In this document: in pieces, positions 1 to 14,700 of the stretch
Layout: every line of letters starts with the position of its first letter
Numbering within the stretch: position 1 is the first letter of the stretch
Assembly: GCA_038496445.1 (NCBI GenBank)
Contig: JALMLS010000017.1
Span: forward strand, 258,560 to 322,559
Reading direction: 5' to 3'
DNA length: 64,000 nucleotides
Origin: Trichosphaerium sp. ATCC 40318
Lineage: Eukaryota; Protista; Tubulinea
Program-made: the position numbers and the translations under genes
The notes under the pieces: generated by a model
Told to the model about the DNA's origin: nothing
Databases searched by the model: none
What the model saw: the letters and a program-made list of their open reading frames with translations, nothing else

Positions 1-2216
1 TTTGGTTTTTTTTTCAAAGTAAGTTCACATGTTTTGTGCGCAGTGGCTTCGATATGGACATAAATTTGCGGAACGTTGTGGTCATTCAATAGACAAGACT
101 ACATCTACTTCTGAGAGGTCACCTATTTTTGTTCAGTTCTTGGATTGCGTCAGTCAGTTGTTGCATCAGTTTCCGTGCTCTTTTGAGTTTAACAACGATT
201 ACCTCGTATTCATTGCAGAGTACGACTTTTGTCTATTTCTCCCCTGTTCCTACTTAGTTTCGTTTTAGGCATCTTTACAGTTGTAGATTCGGTACCTTTC
301 TATATGATGCGCACAAAGAACGTATGGATAATGGTGTGATGCAACATACGGTAAGAGAATATAGTTATAGATACCAGTTAAACTTATTTTCCAAAAAAAA
401 AGGTGTCAATATGGTCTTTCTTGAACATGAACAAGAAGCACTACTTGAATTCTTTCTATGTAAAAAACAAAAGCGTTCTATGGCCTAGCCATGCAGAAAA
501 AGACTTACGATTCTGGGATGAGTACTGTATGAGGTCAGTAGTCGCCTACAAAAAGGTTGTTAAATTCGACTGTTTAACATTTGTTCAGGTGGTGTTCTGT
601 TCAAGAAGAACATGAAGATCCGTTGGTTTCTTTGTCAATGAAGTTACACAAACTCGAAAAGAAAAGTACGCGCATTCATTCCTATCTTTTAGCCTTACAC
701 TCTTTTTCATCAAGTGCGTTCATTAAAAAGTAATGTGGCAAGTGTAAGAAAAGAAAAGGGATCAAGTCCAAAAATAGATGCGTACGGTTTGTAGATTTAC
801 TGTAGATTGTGAATCTAAAAGTGCTTTTAGGATTGAGAAGACTATTGAAGATATTTTTAGCGATATATCTCGCTTCCACTGCAAGAAACAGCATCAGACA
901 GCAACACCGGATATGCTTAGTACGTTCGACGATGAACTATGTAGTAACAGCTTGGTTAGATACGGGTGCACGCCTTACAAAAGTTGGTACATCAAAGTCA
1001 CCAGTTATTGTCAGAGCAACTCTTGGTTCACCGAATTGGGTACCTGATGGCTGGGTTAAGAGTTGTCACAGTTGCAAGAAGCAATTTTCTCGAGTTAAAA
1101 GAAAAGCACGTGATTTTTGGTAGTTAATAGTTTGAAAGAAAAAAGTGAAAGACTAACATTGTTGGTCTTTTTTTTTAGCATCATTGTAGACACTGTGGTA
1201 TGGTATTTTGTGATAGTTGTACATCAAAGAGATTCCCAATCGAAAAGTTCAAAATATCTAAACCAGCACGTGTTTGTGATAATTGTGCTCTTGGATTACT
1301 CCACGAACAATCTAAAAAGATGTTGGACGTATGTTTCTTCTTTTGTTGTTTTTTTTTTCATCAGCTAATATTGTTTATTATCTCACGTATTCTTGCACAA
1401 TAGGAGATTGTAACGAAATACCCAAAGGTCAACAAGCATAATTGTCTTAAAAGTGTATTTAGTTTTGTTTTAGTTAAAGTACTGGGTCGCTGGAAAATCG
1501 AAAGCAAATCCAATACAATCTACAAAACAAGCTAGGACTCCGAACTCGTCTAGGGTAGCCAGAAAGACTATTGTTAGGCCACGCCCACCAAGAAGACTAG
1601 CACCTTCAAGTGGACCACCAAAACTAACTAAAAGAAGGAGTCAAACTAGCTTAGATACTGGTAACGCACGAACAAGCTCAAACACATTACATAGGTAAAC
1701 AGCAATATTTTTTATCACGTGATAAATTGATATCTAAAAATACACCTACAGGTCAGACTTGAAGAACCTCAGAGAGAAGATGGCATCTGATAAAGAAATG
1801 CGCTCTTTGTTACGCTGTAGATCGACATCCAATACAAGAGAACTTTACAGTACGACAGACATAATGAACGCTTCTTTTGTATTCTAGTTAGAGTGCTAAC
1901 ACTTCAGCAGAAGAGGAAGAGTTTGGCCCTAACACAAGAAGGCTTGGTACCACCAAACTAGCTTTTTCAAGTCCTCCTCAATAGGATTAGCGCACTCTTC
2001 AAAATCAAACTCATCCTACATGTCTGGCGTCGTGCCTGTACGCAACTCTGTTGATGGAGAAGCCGTCAAAAAGTTGAAGCGTACGTTTGGATTGGTTTGA
2101 AGTAAAAACCGTTTTATGCTTATTATGGTGTCCTGTTTTTAGGTGAGGCGCGTGAATATGATGCAGAAGTACTTCAGGAAGTGTTTGATGATGCCGTGGA
2201 CGAAAAATGGTTGTGA
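1..2216 (+). CDS. Myotubularin-related phosphoinositide phosphatase with C-terminal FYVE finger (5' part outside window; spliced)
   Basis: WLRYGHKFAERCGH...ERSPIFVQFLDCVSQLLHQFPCSFEFN and FGTFL match the myotubularin C-terminal phosphatase region. Spliced WVPD...CHSCKKQF...RK/HHCRHCGMVFCDSC...RVCDNC is a FYVE finger (MTMR3/4-like layout). Stop TGA at about 2214-2216. Confidence 0.88.
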
Positions 2217-2392
2217 GGTTGTTTAACGCATAAATTAACGTTTTTTAGCAGAGTACAACGGTAGTGGTAGTAAATTATTGTGTTATATTAGACTGTTTGT
2301 GTATTGAAGGGTTGTGACATAAACATTTTTTGATTGGCTTACGTTTGACTTTTTTTTTTTTTTTTTTCACAACCAATTTTTTACCCAACAAC

Positions 2393-5300
2393 ATGGCGCA
2401 GGCCAGCTACAGTGCCGCGTTGGCGGCGTATAAAGGTGGAAGCTACTCTGACGCAATAACGATTCTTGATGAATTGCTTGAAGAGCATCAAGACACTCCA
2501 ATTTGTGCTATACTTCACTGGTACGTAGATTTATAGCGGTAGCGTTAACGTCGTTGTAGTAATCGAGCGCTATGCTACTTTAAGCTTGAGTTCTTTAGGA
2601 AAAGCATAAAAGCTTGTGATTGCGCAATAAAGGTTGATAGTAACTGTTTAGAGGCATATTTGCGACGAGGTAAACGGTTCCATGCACCTTTCTTTAATGT
2701 CACTTATCCGTACAGGTTTCGCTCTGAATAGCATGGGAAAGCGAAAGTTAGCCATCAAAACATTAAATGCTGGCTTATTATGCGTCGGTACGTTAAATCA
2801 ACTCCAACGTGCTCTAACAACAGCGCAGGTAGTTTCGAGCAACACGTGGAACTATCCCGATGCATTAAAGGTACACAATCCTCTTAGTTATTCTTTATCG
2901 TTTATAACGCCACGCAAGCGCTTCAAAATGACGAACCTATCCCTCAACGAGGTATTGAAGCACCTGCCTCTTCATCTATCCCCGAACCGTTCGCTATCGT
3001 TGCTGATGATATGACGCCTTCATACCCTGTGCGTACAGGAACATGCCCCTCAATGGCTTTGTGTGGTATTTTTATTTACAAAAAGATCTAGGATGGAGAA
3101 GAAGTTATCAAGTTCCAAAAGCCAGTGACAAACATCGATTTGAGCAGTCAGGCCTCTAGTGTTGATGCGCTAGCGGCCTCCAAGCAGGTAACTATGCGAC
3201 TGTCTATGTGTTAACTTGGTTATTGTTTTCAAGTATTTTAGATATCCATTTCTTTGATGTTGAACCTTTTTCTTTTGTTTTTGGCTTACTTTGGGTAGGT
3301 TGCTCAACGTCGAATGGTGCAACATGGTGTAGGTACCGTTGCTATTGACGAAAAGATAGGTACAGACGTTTACAAGTACATCAGTACAAGCTAAAACGTA
3401 TTAGCAATGGGGTACCTTCAAGTCAACACCGGTAACTATCAAAACGGCATAAAACTCTTCAATGAACTTCTTGCTGTAAATCCACGCGTTGTGGCTGCCT
3501 ATCTTGGAAGAGGAACAGCTTACGCTCTCTCTGGAGCGTTAGATCACGTGCGCAACCAAGAATGAACACAGTAGCATGTAATTCTTATAGCTTAATTTCT
3601 AGGCGATTCAAGACTTCTCCTTGGCTATTGGCATAGATAAGAAGTGTGTAGATGCTTACAAGAGACGAGGACAGGTTCGTGTTGAAGGAAAATCAGCTAA
3701 GCATCCCTTCACTTGCTTATTGGTTTACTGTTAGGCGAGAGCTGCTCGTGGTTTAACAAATGAAGCTTTGCAAGATTTGACAGAAGCTGCAAAGTATTCA
3801 CGTGATCATGAAGTACTACAACAACGTGGTCTTATTTACTATAGACTCGTACGTGTCCAGAGACTTCTTTTTGGGTATTTGAGGCCCTTACACTTTCTAT
3901 CTTATAGAAGAACTTCAGACGTGCTATATCTGATTTCGAGGAAGCAACAAAGCTAGACCACTCAAATAAAATGACATGGAACCATCTTGGTCTTTGCTAT
4001 AATGCTGTAGGACAACCAAAGAAGGTGCTCTCTTCCTTAACTTAATATAATTAAGTCTTATACTCTGAAGGCTACTGAGGCTCATCTGAAGGCTATAAGT
4101 CTTGATAGAACATTCAAAGAGGCTTGGACTAATCTTGGACAAGCGTACAAAGATTGGGGTGTTTATAAAAAAGCTTCAGAGAATTTTACAAAAGCAATCG
4201 GTTTGGACCCAGCTTATGCGCATGCATATCACTTGCGTGCACTTGCACGTTTTGGTGTAGGCGATCACTACGGTGCTTTATCTGATTTCAACGCAGCCGC
4301 AAAGATAGATCCTACTCATACCGATTCATTGCACATGCGTGCTGTAATAAAACACGGGCTGGTAGGTTTATTTCAACAAGCCAAAACAGCTTGCTCTGAC
4401 ACGTGGTTTCTAGGGTATGTTCAAGTCAGCACTTGTTGATTATAATGCAGTTGTAACTGCTAAACCTGAGCACTTCGCTTGGTATCAGAGGGAATGTTTA
4501 TTGTTTTGGCATCATAACGCTGATACGCCTATCCGTACTTATAATATGGATCGTAAGTTAAGTCCACCTTTCAAAGAAAATTGGTGTAAGAGAACGCACC
4601 CAAAAGTAATCAGTACGTTGTGACTTTCCGACATTTTATCTTTACTCTACTCTACTAATACGTTGTTACTTTTACAGGTCATACATACACACCTCAGAAG
4701 CCATTTAATAACGGTGTACCTGATATTGTATATAGCAAAAAGGCGAATGATAAGGCTACATTGTTGATAGATTACACAAGGAATATTGGACATAAACTAC
4801 ACTTGAACTGTCCTGGTTACTTATCTAATAAAAGACAACAACGTATGGCTGGACTAGCAGCTATTGAAATAGCGCAAACACTACGACATGTTTGGGGTAC
4901 GCTGCCTCTTTTTTGGCTTCTTTTTTTTTCTGCTTCTTTCAAAGTGTGTTTATTTCCTCTAAAGGTAAAGGTAAGTATAAGAAACAAGCACCGTTTAAAG
5001 TGCCTGCTGGATCTTCAAGTCATAATGCAAGTGAACATGATTTCGAATGGCGTGATCTTTATGATATTTGTGTGAAATGGAGACAGTGTTCAGAGGTAAG
5101 CTTAAAAAAAACCAAACTTATTTTATGCTTGTTTATTGTTGTGCCAATATCTTTTTTTAGCCAAATGATCCTGTGTGGTGGGTTGATTTACTAACAAAAG
5201 AGCAATTCGCGGAAGGATTTGGATCACATACTCCACTAGTTACATGTACGATGACAAGAAAGCTTTTGATATTTGTTGAAATGACCTCTTCTTTTAGCTC

Positions 5301-6302
5301 AATGTGAGGTTGTTAGATACTACCCAGAATTCCAAAGAGCTTTTGGTATCATGAAAAAATTAGTACCAGAGCAATGCACAATATCATCATCAATGTCAAA
5401 AGCAGTTGAAGGTATTTAATGGATAATCTCCTAAAAGTCTTTATCCACTAAAAAGTTGAGTTGTTTCTAATCAATACGTGTTTAGGAGCAAAGACATACA
5501 AAGAGCTTTATAATATTATGAAGCGAGATTTTTGGGTTGTAACACCATGTCATAGTACTGCAACTCCAGGGAAGATAATGGAGGGAACAAGGCTTACCTT
5601 ACAGGTATACAGTCAACATAGCATTTCTATGTTTGTTTTTCTTATTTTTTTCTGCAGTATGTACATCCTGAAGGATACGAATATAGCATAAGAACACCTG
5701 GAACACCACCTAGATGGGTTGATTATGATATCGAGCTTCAGTACTACTGGAAGTTACTATGTGCTGAAGCTATGAAGGAAACTTTGGATCTTGACAAGTG
5801 CGGCCTTTTTAGTGCTTCTTTTTTTTTTTTTGTGAGTTGCGGCTGATGTTTTGGTTTATTGTAGGGTTTCTAATTTAATCTTGTCTATCAACTTCTATTG
5901 GTATAATTTTATGCCTTTGTCACGTGGTACTGCTGCATGTGGTTATATTGCTATTCTTGGTATGTTCTTAGCATTTGGTATTGAGATAACTGGACGTGTA
6001 CCAAAGAATATGATGGTAGATTGGGAGGTATGCTTTAACAACTGATTTTTTCTGAAAATGAAGACAAATACTGTTCTCTTCTTCTCCCTTTTCCTCTTCT
6101 GCTTCTTTTCTGGTTTACTTATTTCGTTTCTTTCGTATAGGGTATTTTGAGACCCACTCCTGAGTCGTTTATTTCTGCTTTATCACCATGGATGTACCCA
6201 AGCAGGACGAAAATTGATGAAACAAAACTGGATTCTCTTCCAAATTGTCGCGAAACTTTTGCTACTATTCGTGCTACAATTGCAGGTTTAAACGCTGCGT
6301 AA
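2393..6302 (+). CDS. TTC13: TPR-repeat protein, TTC13/SRFR1-like (spliced)
   Basis: Many TPR helices (AYLGRGTAYAL, AWTNLGQAYKD, AYHLRALARFG) followed by C-terminal motifs WVDLL..EQFAEGFGSHTP, EGTRLTL, YSIRTPGTPPRW and YNFMPLSRGTAACG typical of TTC13/SRFR1. Confidence 0.82.
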
Positions 6303-6531
6303 TAAAATAAAGGCGTTATCAGTGCACTGTGCAAAACTAATTAACCAATTGTAAGGTGTCGAAACACAACTTCTTTAAAAGACTCTTTTATTTCACATTC
6401 TTATTTTATTCTTGTGTGGTGTAACAAAGAGTTGGTTTTTTTAGGGTTGAGTTATTAGTAATGATGTAGGATTGATACATAATGTTCTTTGTAAAATAAT
6501 AAGGAGAAGAATACTGTTTTGTGTTTAGGCG

Positions 6532-9500
6532 TTAAAAGTCCAAACCATCAGCAATGCCAGCAAGCATATCTTCCATTTCAGCAAACTCATCAGTTGCAAA
6601 AATATCTTGGGTAGGATCACGTGCGTTTCCACTTTCTCCCCATGTTAAATCTACAGTATGTGTGGTGTCGCCTGGGTCATCATAGTCATATTCCATGCCC
6701 GAAGCATCAACAACTTGATCATAATCGAGAGAATCCGAATCATCTACAAAAATAGAATAAATGATCCATTTTTTTAAAACAAGACTCGTACACTCTCCGG
6801 CGTCTTTATTGTTCGAAATAGCGTTCATTTCCGCAGTGAAAGCTGCTAGTGGATCTAAAATAATGATATTAGTACACTAAGAATAAAACCACAAAGCCAC
6901 AACATCACCAAACTGCATTGTTGTACAAACAATTGGCTTTTTCAACTCATCACAAAAAATGATTGAAACTTCAATTGTCTTTTGTTTTGTACGTACCATC
7001 TTCCGTGAAAGCATTAAAATTATAATCATAAACAGAAGACCTCTTCAACTCTTCTGCAATAGCTTTTTCATCTTTAACTTCTTCTTCTTGATAAGCTTCC
7101 TCACCACCATACTCTTCTTGATACTCTTCTCCATAATCATAATCATATCCTGTATCTTCCTCTTGGTACTCTTGTCCATACGCTGGTGACTCAGGTACAC
7201 CATTAAATGCATCAGGTGTCGTATCAGGTACAGGATCTACATCAGTACCGAAATCATCAATAGAAAAGTCAACATCGAGGTTATCAAATTCAGCCAAGAA
7301 TGTATCTTCCTCTTTTGGAGGTGGTTTTGGTAACTCATTTCTAGGCGGTTGTGCGCTTGGTGTTTCTTCACCAAAGTCTTGTGGAGTCCAATCATCCATT
7401 GAAGATCCAGTAGTCTCATCTGCTTCGAGACCCTCATCAGCTAGGAAGTCATCCATCATGTTCAAGACATCTTGCCCAGGCTAAAAAAAATCAACAAAAA
7501 GAAGATAAAGGTCCAGACGTACATCGTTTGTTGGTGGCGGTGAACGCTTTGGTGGATGCCTTGCTACCGGAGGAGGTGGTCCTCTTGTTGGAGCCTTTGG
7601 AGGATGTGATGGATGGTATGAAGGCACCGCTCTTTTTGGTGGCATAGGAAACTAATTGAATGGTAAGCCTAAAAAAGACGCAGTTGGAAAAAAAACTGCT
7701 AGTTTTTACCTTTTTGGGTGTGAAAGGCTTCATCATGTTCTTTTTCCTTCCAGGAGAAGGCCAACCTTTCTTAACTGACCTAGATTTCTTTGGAGATGGT
7801 GACCATCCTTGGTTTGGTAATGGCCATTTCTTCTTTCCAACAATTGGTCTTTTTTTTCGACCAGGTGACGGAAACCCTTGTTTTGCTTTCCTTTGTGGCG
7901 GAGGTGGTCCTTTTCTACTAACCTTAGGTGGTCCGAAACTCTTCTTAAAACCACCAGGTAGAGTGAATGTCTTTTTAGGAGAATGTCTAAGTCCTTTAGG
8001 TGAAGGTATTGTCTTTTTAAGTGGATTTTGTAAAAATCTTCCTGATTTTTTGTTTGCTGATATCTTTCCGTTAAACCTTCCTGATTTCTTGTTTGCAGAT
8101 ACCTTTCCATTAAATCTACCTGACTTTTTATTTGCACTAAACCTTCCTGACTTCTTATTCGCAGGTATCTTCCCATTAAATCTTCCCGACTTCTTGTTAG
8201 GTGTAAATCTTCCTGATTTTTTATTTCCAGATATCTTTGGAAGAGCTCTATCATCTGCCGCAGGAGGTAAAGGAGGTAACCCATTTGCTCTTTTAGCAAA
8301 TCCAAATTTCTTTGGAGCTCGCGGTAAAGGAAATTTTGGACCTTTAGGTCCTTTTGGCATACGTTTACCGAAGCCTTTCTTGGCGCCCTGTACGTGAAAA
8401 TTATTTTACTGAAATTGCAAAAAAAAAAATTAATGAAAGGACGCACACGAACTGGAGGCCTAGGTACGCCACCACACTTACCCTATGTATCATCTTTTAA
8501 TATTGTTTTCATTCTTATTTAATACGTACTTTACCAGACGCAGGTGCTTTACCATTCTTTCCTGGGTTAGCAGTTAATCGCCGAGCACGCATTTCAGCAC
8601 CTATCCAAAAAAAACTAAGAATAAAAGAAGACAAAAAAACAGTCCAAGTTTTACGCACGTGACCGAGGTACAACGTCCTTATACTTATCCATAATAGATA
8701 AAAGAATAGGGAAAAGTATTCTATAATGTCCATCATATATATCCTCAGGAGAACACCCCTTTATATTAATACCTTTAAACTTTAAAAATTTTAACCAACT
8801 CTCCAAGTTTCCTAATTTATCCTCAATGGAATAAGGTTCTCTCTTATAATTCTGTAGTTTTGTCCCTGTAAGACACTCTGATAATTTAATCAGACTAACA
8901 CCATCTTGGAGATCTCCTTCGAGATTAGTTACAGTTATTTGTCTACAAGCTAAGTGCTTATTAAGCCAAGACAATATAACCTTTGTTGTTGATTGTGTGT
9001 TGCGGAACTGCTTGTTTGGGCCACCAAAAGCCTACGCATGCATCAAAAACTAGTACGGACATACGTTGATTCATTCGTACACGTTTTTTTACAGGTGGTG
9101 GAGGCAGCTTCGGCATACCAAACTTCTTTGGCATGCCAAACTTCTTAGGTAGGAAACCAAATCCCATTTTACGCTTTGGTGCTGGAGGACCTTTTCGTAG
9201 GGGTGGACCTGGATGCCTCCCTGGTGGAGGAGGTCCAGGGGTACGAGGTGGAGGCGATATTGCATAAGAAGGTGCGTGATTTCGTGGAGGTGGTATTATA
9301 CCAGGAGGCGCTGGTATACGTCCTGGAGGCCCTGGAACCCTGCCAGGAGGTGGAGGAGAAGGAGCACCAGCTTGATAAGAAAATTAGTCAATACATAACA
9401 CCGTCAACCTTCAAATAAAAAAAAACTTGTAATCTTTCTTTTGTCTCACCTGCACGTGGACCACCAACTTCGTTCTAACAAGCAACTTAGTACAAAAAAA

Positions 9501-10155
9501 CAACAAGAATAAGAGGATGTGGCGTACAAGAAGAAACTGGAAATCAGAATCTCCCAAAAGCTCTAAACCAGAGCTTGACAGTGGAGCACCACTACTTCTA
9601 GACTTTGATAATGTTTGTTGCTCACGTCTATATGTGAGTGTTGGTACTTGATATGCTGTTGCTGAACGTTCTCTCTTTGAACCGCTACTATCTGTGAAGT
9701 CTACAACAATATTCCCTAAGGAGACTATTTGCTCTTGTCTCTTTTTAAAGAGGAATTTGTAATTATCGCTTGAAGTAGCCCATTTTTGTAGTAGGTCATA
9801 CGGCTTTGCAGAGCTGTCGATTATATCAACTATTTAGTGTGTTAACAATACTTATAACACTATAGGCGTTATGAGTTGTCGTGTATACCTTTTTTATCGT
9901 TTTTAACCACATACAAGCCGTAAGTGTCAAATTCCGCTGTGACCAAGTTTAATCGCTTGCATATTTTGAATTTAAACGCGCTTGCTGTCATCCTTAGTAT
10001 GTTAGTGCGCGTTGTAAGCAAATAAAAATACCTTTCAGTGAGCAAGAAGCTTTTAAACGAGCCATCCAATAGAAATACCTTTACAACACCCTCAATGCGT
10101 AGTTAGTAACTATTACCCTGTTTTTATTACCACTCACTCTGTCTGAGCCGCTCAT
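6532..10155 (-). CDS. Cytoskeletal/signalling adaptor: RA-like domain, Pro-rich region, calponin-homology domain, basic repeats, acidic tail (spliced)
   Basis: N-terminal VVKVFLLDGSFKSFLL...YGLYVV...PYDLLQKW...YKFLFKKR resembles a Ras-association/FERM-F1 fold. WLNKHLACRQITVTNLEGDLQDGVSLIKLSECLTG...EDIYDG..ILFPILLSIMDKY is a filamin/parvin-type CH domain. Poly-Pro/Lys blocks and a D/E/Y-rich C-terminus follow. Confidence 0.7.
8035..8226 (-). repeat. Six coding tandem copies of NKKSGRF with 9-13 aa spacing
   Basis: Seen in ORF 7491..8360; at DNA level, repeats of (a)atcttcctgatttt-like units on the + strand. Confidence 0.9.
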
Positions 10156-10368
10156 TGTTTCAGGATTACTATTCACTCTACATTAACTGATTCTATACTG
10201 TATTTGCTCGACTTAGGAGATAATGTCTACAATTATAACATTGTTGACTAAAAAGCTTTTTCAGACAAACCAAAAAGGCGTGTGGTACAATATAACCATA
10301 ATAGAGTTTGTAACCAAAAGTAAAAATGGGTTTATTGAAGAAGTTGTTAATTACACCATAGAACTGCT

Positions 10369-11578
10369 CTAAACTTCTGTATAAGTTCCGCCCTCTAGTG
10401 TCACAGGTTAACAAAGTAAGTGTCATACATAGATATTAACGTACTGCCTCTGTTGACAATAAACATGACTCCATCTTTGATGAGACCAGGGAATCCAAGC
10501 CAAAAGTCCTAAACAAGCGTTAGAACACGGTATGGCGCCAGAAAAACCACTTCTTTGATGGATTGGGTTGGGAACATACAGTATTTGGGAAGATCTTGCC
10601 AGTCTTACGGACAACGTTGTATACGATACCGCCAACGATGTAAACAACGACACCAAGAAGAAGTAGAATACACAAGATTGTACCAACGCTAATTTTACCT
10701 CCGCCTCCTGAAGGACCCTTACCACCAGGGCAGGCATGAGCGGAATCAGCACTCATCGTGATATGATTAGTACCATCAGTATCTTGGATAACGAAATTGG
10801 ACCACTCTTAAAAATACGAGTAAGAATTTTCTTATTGGTTTGAAAAAACCACAAGTGATAGTCCATTTCATAGCGTACCGCCACTTCCACAATTTATAGT
10901 AACTAATTATCAAGTAAGAAGAGGGGTTGAGGGGGAAAGTTTTAAAAGAAATTATACTTACTCTCTGAAGACCTGTTTGGTTCATCACCGTCTTGATTAT
11001 GTATTAGAATGATGTATAAAGAGATATTACGTACTAGGGTAGCTAATATGAACTCCTTTACCACCAGCTAGCGCAGTAGCGCTCTGAGCAGAGAAAATTC
11101 CAACACAAGCCTACGAAAAATAAGAAAAAAAAAACTTGGTTCCCAAAAAATCACCGTACCATAGATGTTTGTGTACCGTAGTCATCCCAGGCCTGGCATG
11201 CACCAAATCCAGTCGCGCATTTGTTCTTTTAATGTACGTAAATATGTTTTACCTAAATTTCTTACTTACGGTACCACAAGGTGTGGTGGTTTCTTGACAT
11301 ATCGATACTCTGTATTGGTATTTACCAGACTATAAACTCAATTAGACCTCACGTGATAAAATAAAATAGGAAAAGACAAAAAAAAATTTTCTTCGTACTG
11401 TGCAGTGATCGCAAGCTAGTTGACCCAAACCAGTCTGTATTTTGCCTTCGAGGGAACCAAGGTTGTATTTAGTACCATCTGAAGCCTGTAGATCACTACA
11501 GGCAGCGGAAGAAACGTAACTAACGTTGACAATAACGATAGTGGCCACAATGAGTAGCAATAAAGATTGCCTTGACAT
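10369..11578 (-). CDS. Mannose-6-phosphate-receptor-homology (CD-MPR/ATG27-like) type I membrane protein (spliced)
   Basis: Signal peptide, DGTKYNLGSL, Y.YRVSICQ, ACQ, SAHACP, TM segment ISVGTILCILLLLGVVVYIVGGIVYN, then IFPN..FWLGFPGLIKDG and a terminal YTEV tyrosine sorting motif. Confidence 0.8.
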
Positions 11579-11764
11579 TTCGGAAAAGTTGTCTAGGTGG
11601 TTAGGATTTGGACTTAAAACAATGGATTAGTACACAACACAATGAAACAAAAACTTCTTAAGGCATGACACGTGAGATTTTGTTGTATTTCTTCAATCGC
11701 AGTTTACAGCTGTTTTCTTTGTACTATTTGTCTATTTTGCTTCACTATTTTTCAATTTAGGCTT

Positions 11765-14700
11765 CTAAACACGTGTCAGCATTTTATAAATGTTGTAGTG
11801 CGTCGAGGGTATCATCGTAGCGCGTGGAACATACTTTTCTCCATATAAATACAAAATGCGAAAACAGTTTCCATAAAGATGAGAAAACAATCCATTAATA
11901 AGTCGTACCTTGAATTCGTGTTCTTCGTCGCCACGTGGAATGTCTTCTGCCTTTCTTTTTCGATCTGAAGATGGTCCTCCTTCCTCTTGCGTATCTGTTG
12001 GTTCTACAGTCATGGAGCGAAGCCATCTCAATACGTTATTGTAATCTGGTAGCTTAGGCCAATTTGCCTCTTCACCATTTGGTGGAGGGTAAAAAGGTTG
12101 ATGGATTTTCGAAGCCATGTCAACAGGAAGCAATACCATTTTAACACTATCAAGCCAAAATCGGAAATAAGCATAACACGTCAATGGTTTATCACCAAAG
12201 AGACGTTTAACAGTATCTTGTTGACTAGGATTTTTCACAGCAAAGAAGCATACTCTGCTCACTTGCTTTTTATCCTCGTCCTTTATTTGAACATGTAAAA
12301 AGTGATTGGCTTGAGTTTGTTCCAGTTCAATCTTTTGTTTAAAGGAATTAACTTAGCATACAAGAGGCACGGTGTATAAAAAAAGAAAGAGCACAAAAAA
12401 TCTACGTACTTTTATACCATGACAATAGAGTGTGTTAGCATTGATATCAAGTAATGCTGGTATGTCGTTGATTATGTAGTAATTGCCAGCTAGAACGTAG
12501 TTCATTAAGTATTTATGTAACCTTAATTAAACTTGTATTGAAAAGATGTGCTACGCACGTCTGAGTATAAGTGGATTAGATCCAACTATTGGTTGTATAC
12601 GTCTACCAAAGTTTGAACAACAAACAACAAGAACTTGCTCTTTGGAAGATTTTTGTGAGTCTAAATGATAAGCCCTAAGCATCCTAGAAACATCTTTTCT
12701 GAATCGTATAGAGCTATCACCAACCTTTTTTTTTCACATAAATATTAAGAGAACAATGAGTTGGATGTAAGTTACCTTATGTGTAAAGAAGCCGTAGTTG
12801 ACCTTTTTTGTTTGCATATAAAACTCGCAACTACCTTATCCTTGTTAGATGTAATAGGTTGATTATATTACTTACTTGATCCATGTGCAGGTAATCCTAT
12901 TATCGTGTCCTTAGCATTAGCTCTTCCTATTTGTCCCCAAAGCCAGAAAAAGTCTTCAGGTGCTACTACTTCTAGAGTTTCGCGGACTTTGTGCAATTGA
13001 CTGGATTTAATAGCTCTTGTGATACCTACCATTTGCAAGGGATTTATCCTGTCTGCATCCGCATCTAAATAAAGGTAATGAAGGCTAGATAGCGTTTAGT
13101 GTACATAACATACCAACACGTGGTAAAAATACATATTTAGGTGATGCGATTGGCAAGTGCAAAGACTACACAAGGTGTCAGAATACCTGAAAATGGGATG
13201 TGATATTACTGTAACGTACTGCTTCTAGTTCATCTGTAAATAGCGTATTCCAATGACTTGGTTTACAAAGACGATGAATAGTGTGTACTACAAGAGTTTG
13301 TTACTATAACTATCACTTGCTAGCCTGAGAGCGTACGTCGATAGTCGATAAGCTTCATCATATTTTCTTGAATCCAGTCCATTACCAAAGCTGGTAAGCT
13401 AACACAATAATGGTCATCACCTTCTATGTGCATGTGCGTAAGAAAAGTTCATCAAAACCGGATATAACGTACGTTGTTGAGCTGTTGCAAGCATCGTATA
13501 AATGAATTCACATGGCTTTAAATCACCATCGATTGGTCTCAAGGTTAAACTTTTAAGCAACTGAGATGGTACTGGTACATCCGCAAGAGCAATTGTGATT
13601 AGCCGAGGGAGAGAATCGATAGTGTCTTTTAAAGGTTCACAATATTTATCCAATGACGTAAGCGAGAGAATGTCAAAAAACCTAAATGAACAAAATGTGA
13701 TTAGCAACTTTTTGTTTGTTTTTTTTTTTTCCATACTTTCTCATTTCTAGTTCTGTGGAGGTATCTTTAAGTACAGGCCTCAGTAAATTAATGACATCTC
13801 TGACAAGTATAGGATACCCTGCAGTCTTGATAAAGATATTATCAACGACAAAGTTAACTACTTTTTTTGGAATCTTAATATTTTCAAATGCACTCATCAG
13901 CATTGATTGACATGTTTCCTTTGGGAATGACTATTTGATAATGAGCTTCTGTACACTCTAAGTAAAAAACTTACGTCTATTTTAATCCAATCAAAGTGAG
14001 TTGCTTCAGCTGAGAACAAGCAAGAGCGAGCTGTAAATGACACTAAAAAAAGAGCAGGATGCAGTTTTTCCTCAGCTACTTATTAGACTTGATAGATGCT
14101 TCAGTTGAAATCAAGTACCAGTACTATTTGCGAGCCAAATGTCTTTAATAACTTCTGAAAGGGCACTGTGGTATTTGTTTTGAAAAGCCTACAAGCAATG
14201 TTCAGATAATTGCAACAAAAGATAAATCATCTCACTTCGTCCTTTTTGTGACATAGTGTATCTGCGTTTATCACGTGAACAAACAGAGCCCGACCATCAT
14301 TGTTTTTGTTGTAGTAATTCTTTAGTACATCAAAAACACTAACACATTGCTGTGGCACGTCTAACTACGTTAGTCATCAACCTGTAAGCATTTGAAGTAC
14401 CGATTTGGAGTTCTTTGGACAAAAGTGTGCACAGCACGTGCGTTAAATACTTTTTAATGTCTGCAACGCCATCACCCGGCGGAGATTCTGTTAGATCCAA
14501 CGTGACGTGCTTAGATGATTGAAGAAGTGTCATATCTGCCTTTTGTTCGTCCGTAAATGCAGCCGAAAACTTTGTCCATTGTTCTGTTTGAAAAAATAAC
14601 GTTTGAACTTGGTCTCCTTTATCACTCTCGCATAGAACAGAAGAAATAATGCTATTGAGTGCCTTTTTACCTTTGTAGAAGTCAGTTGGCGATAACGAAA

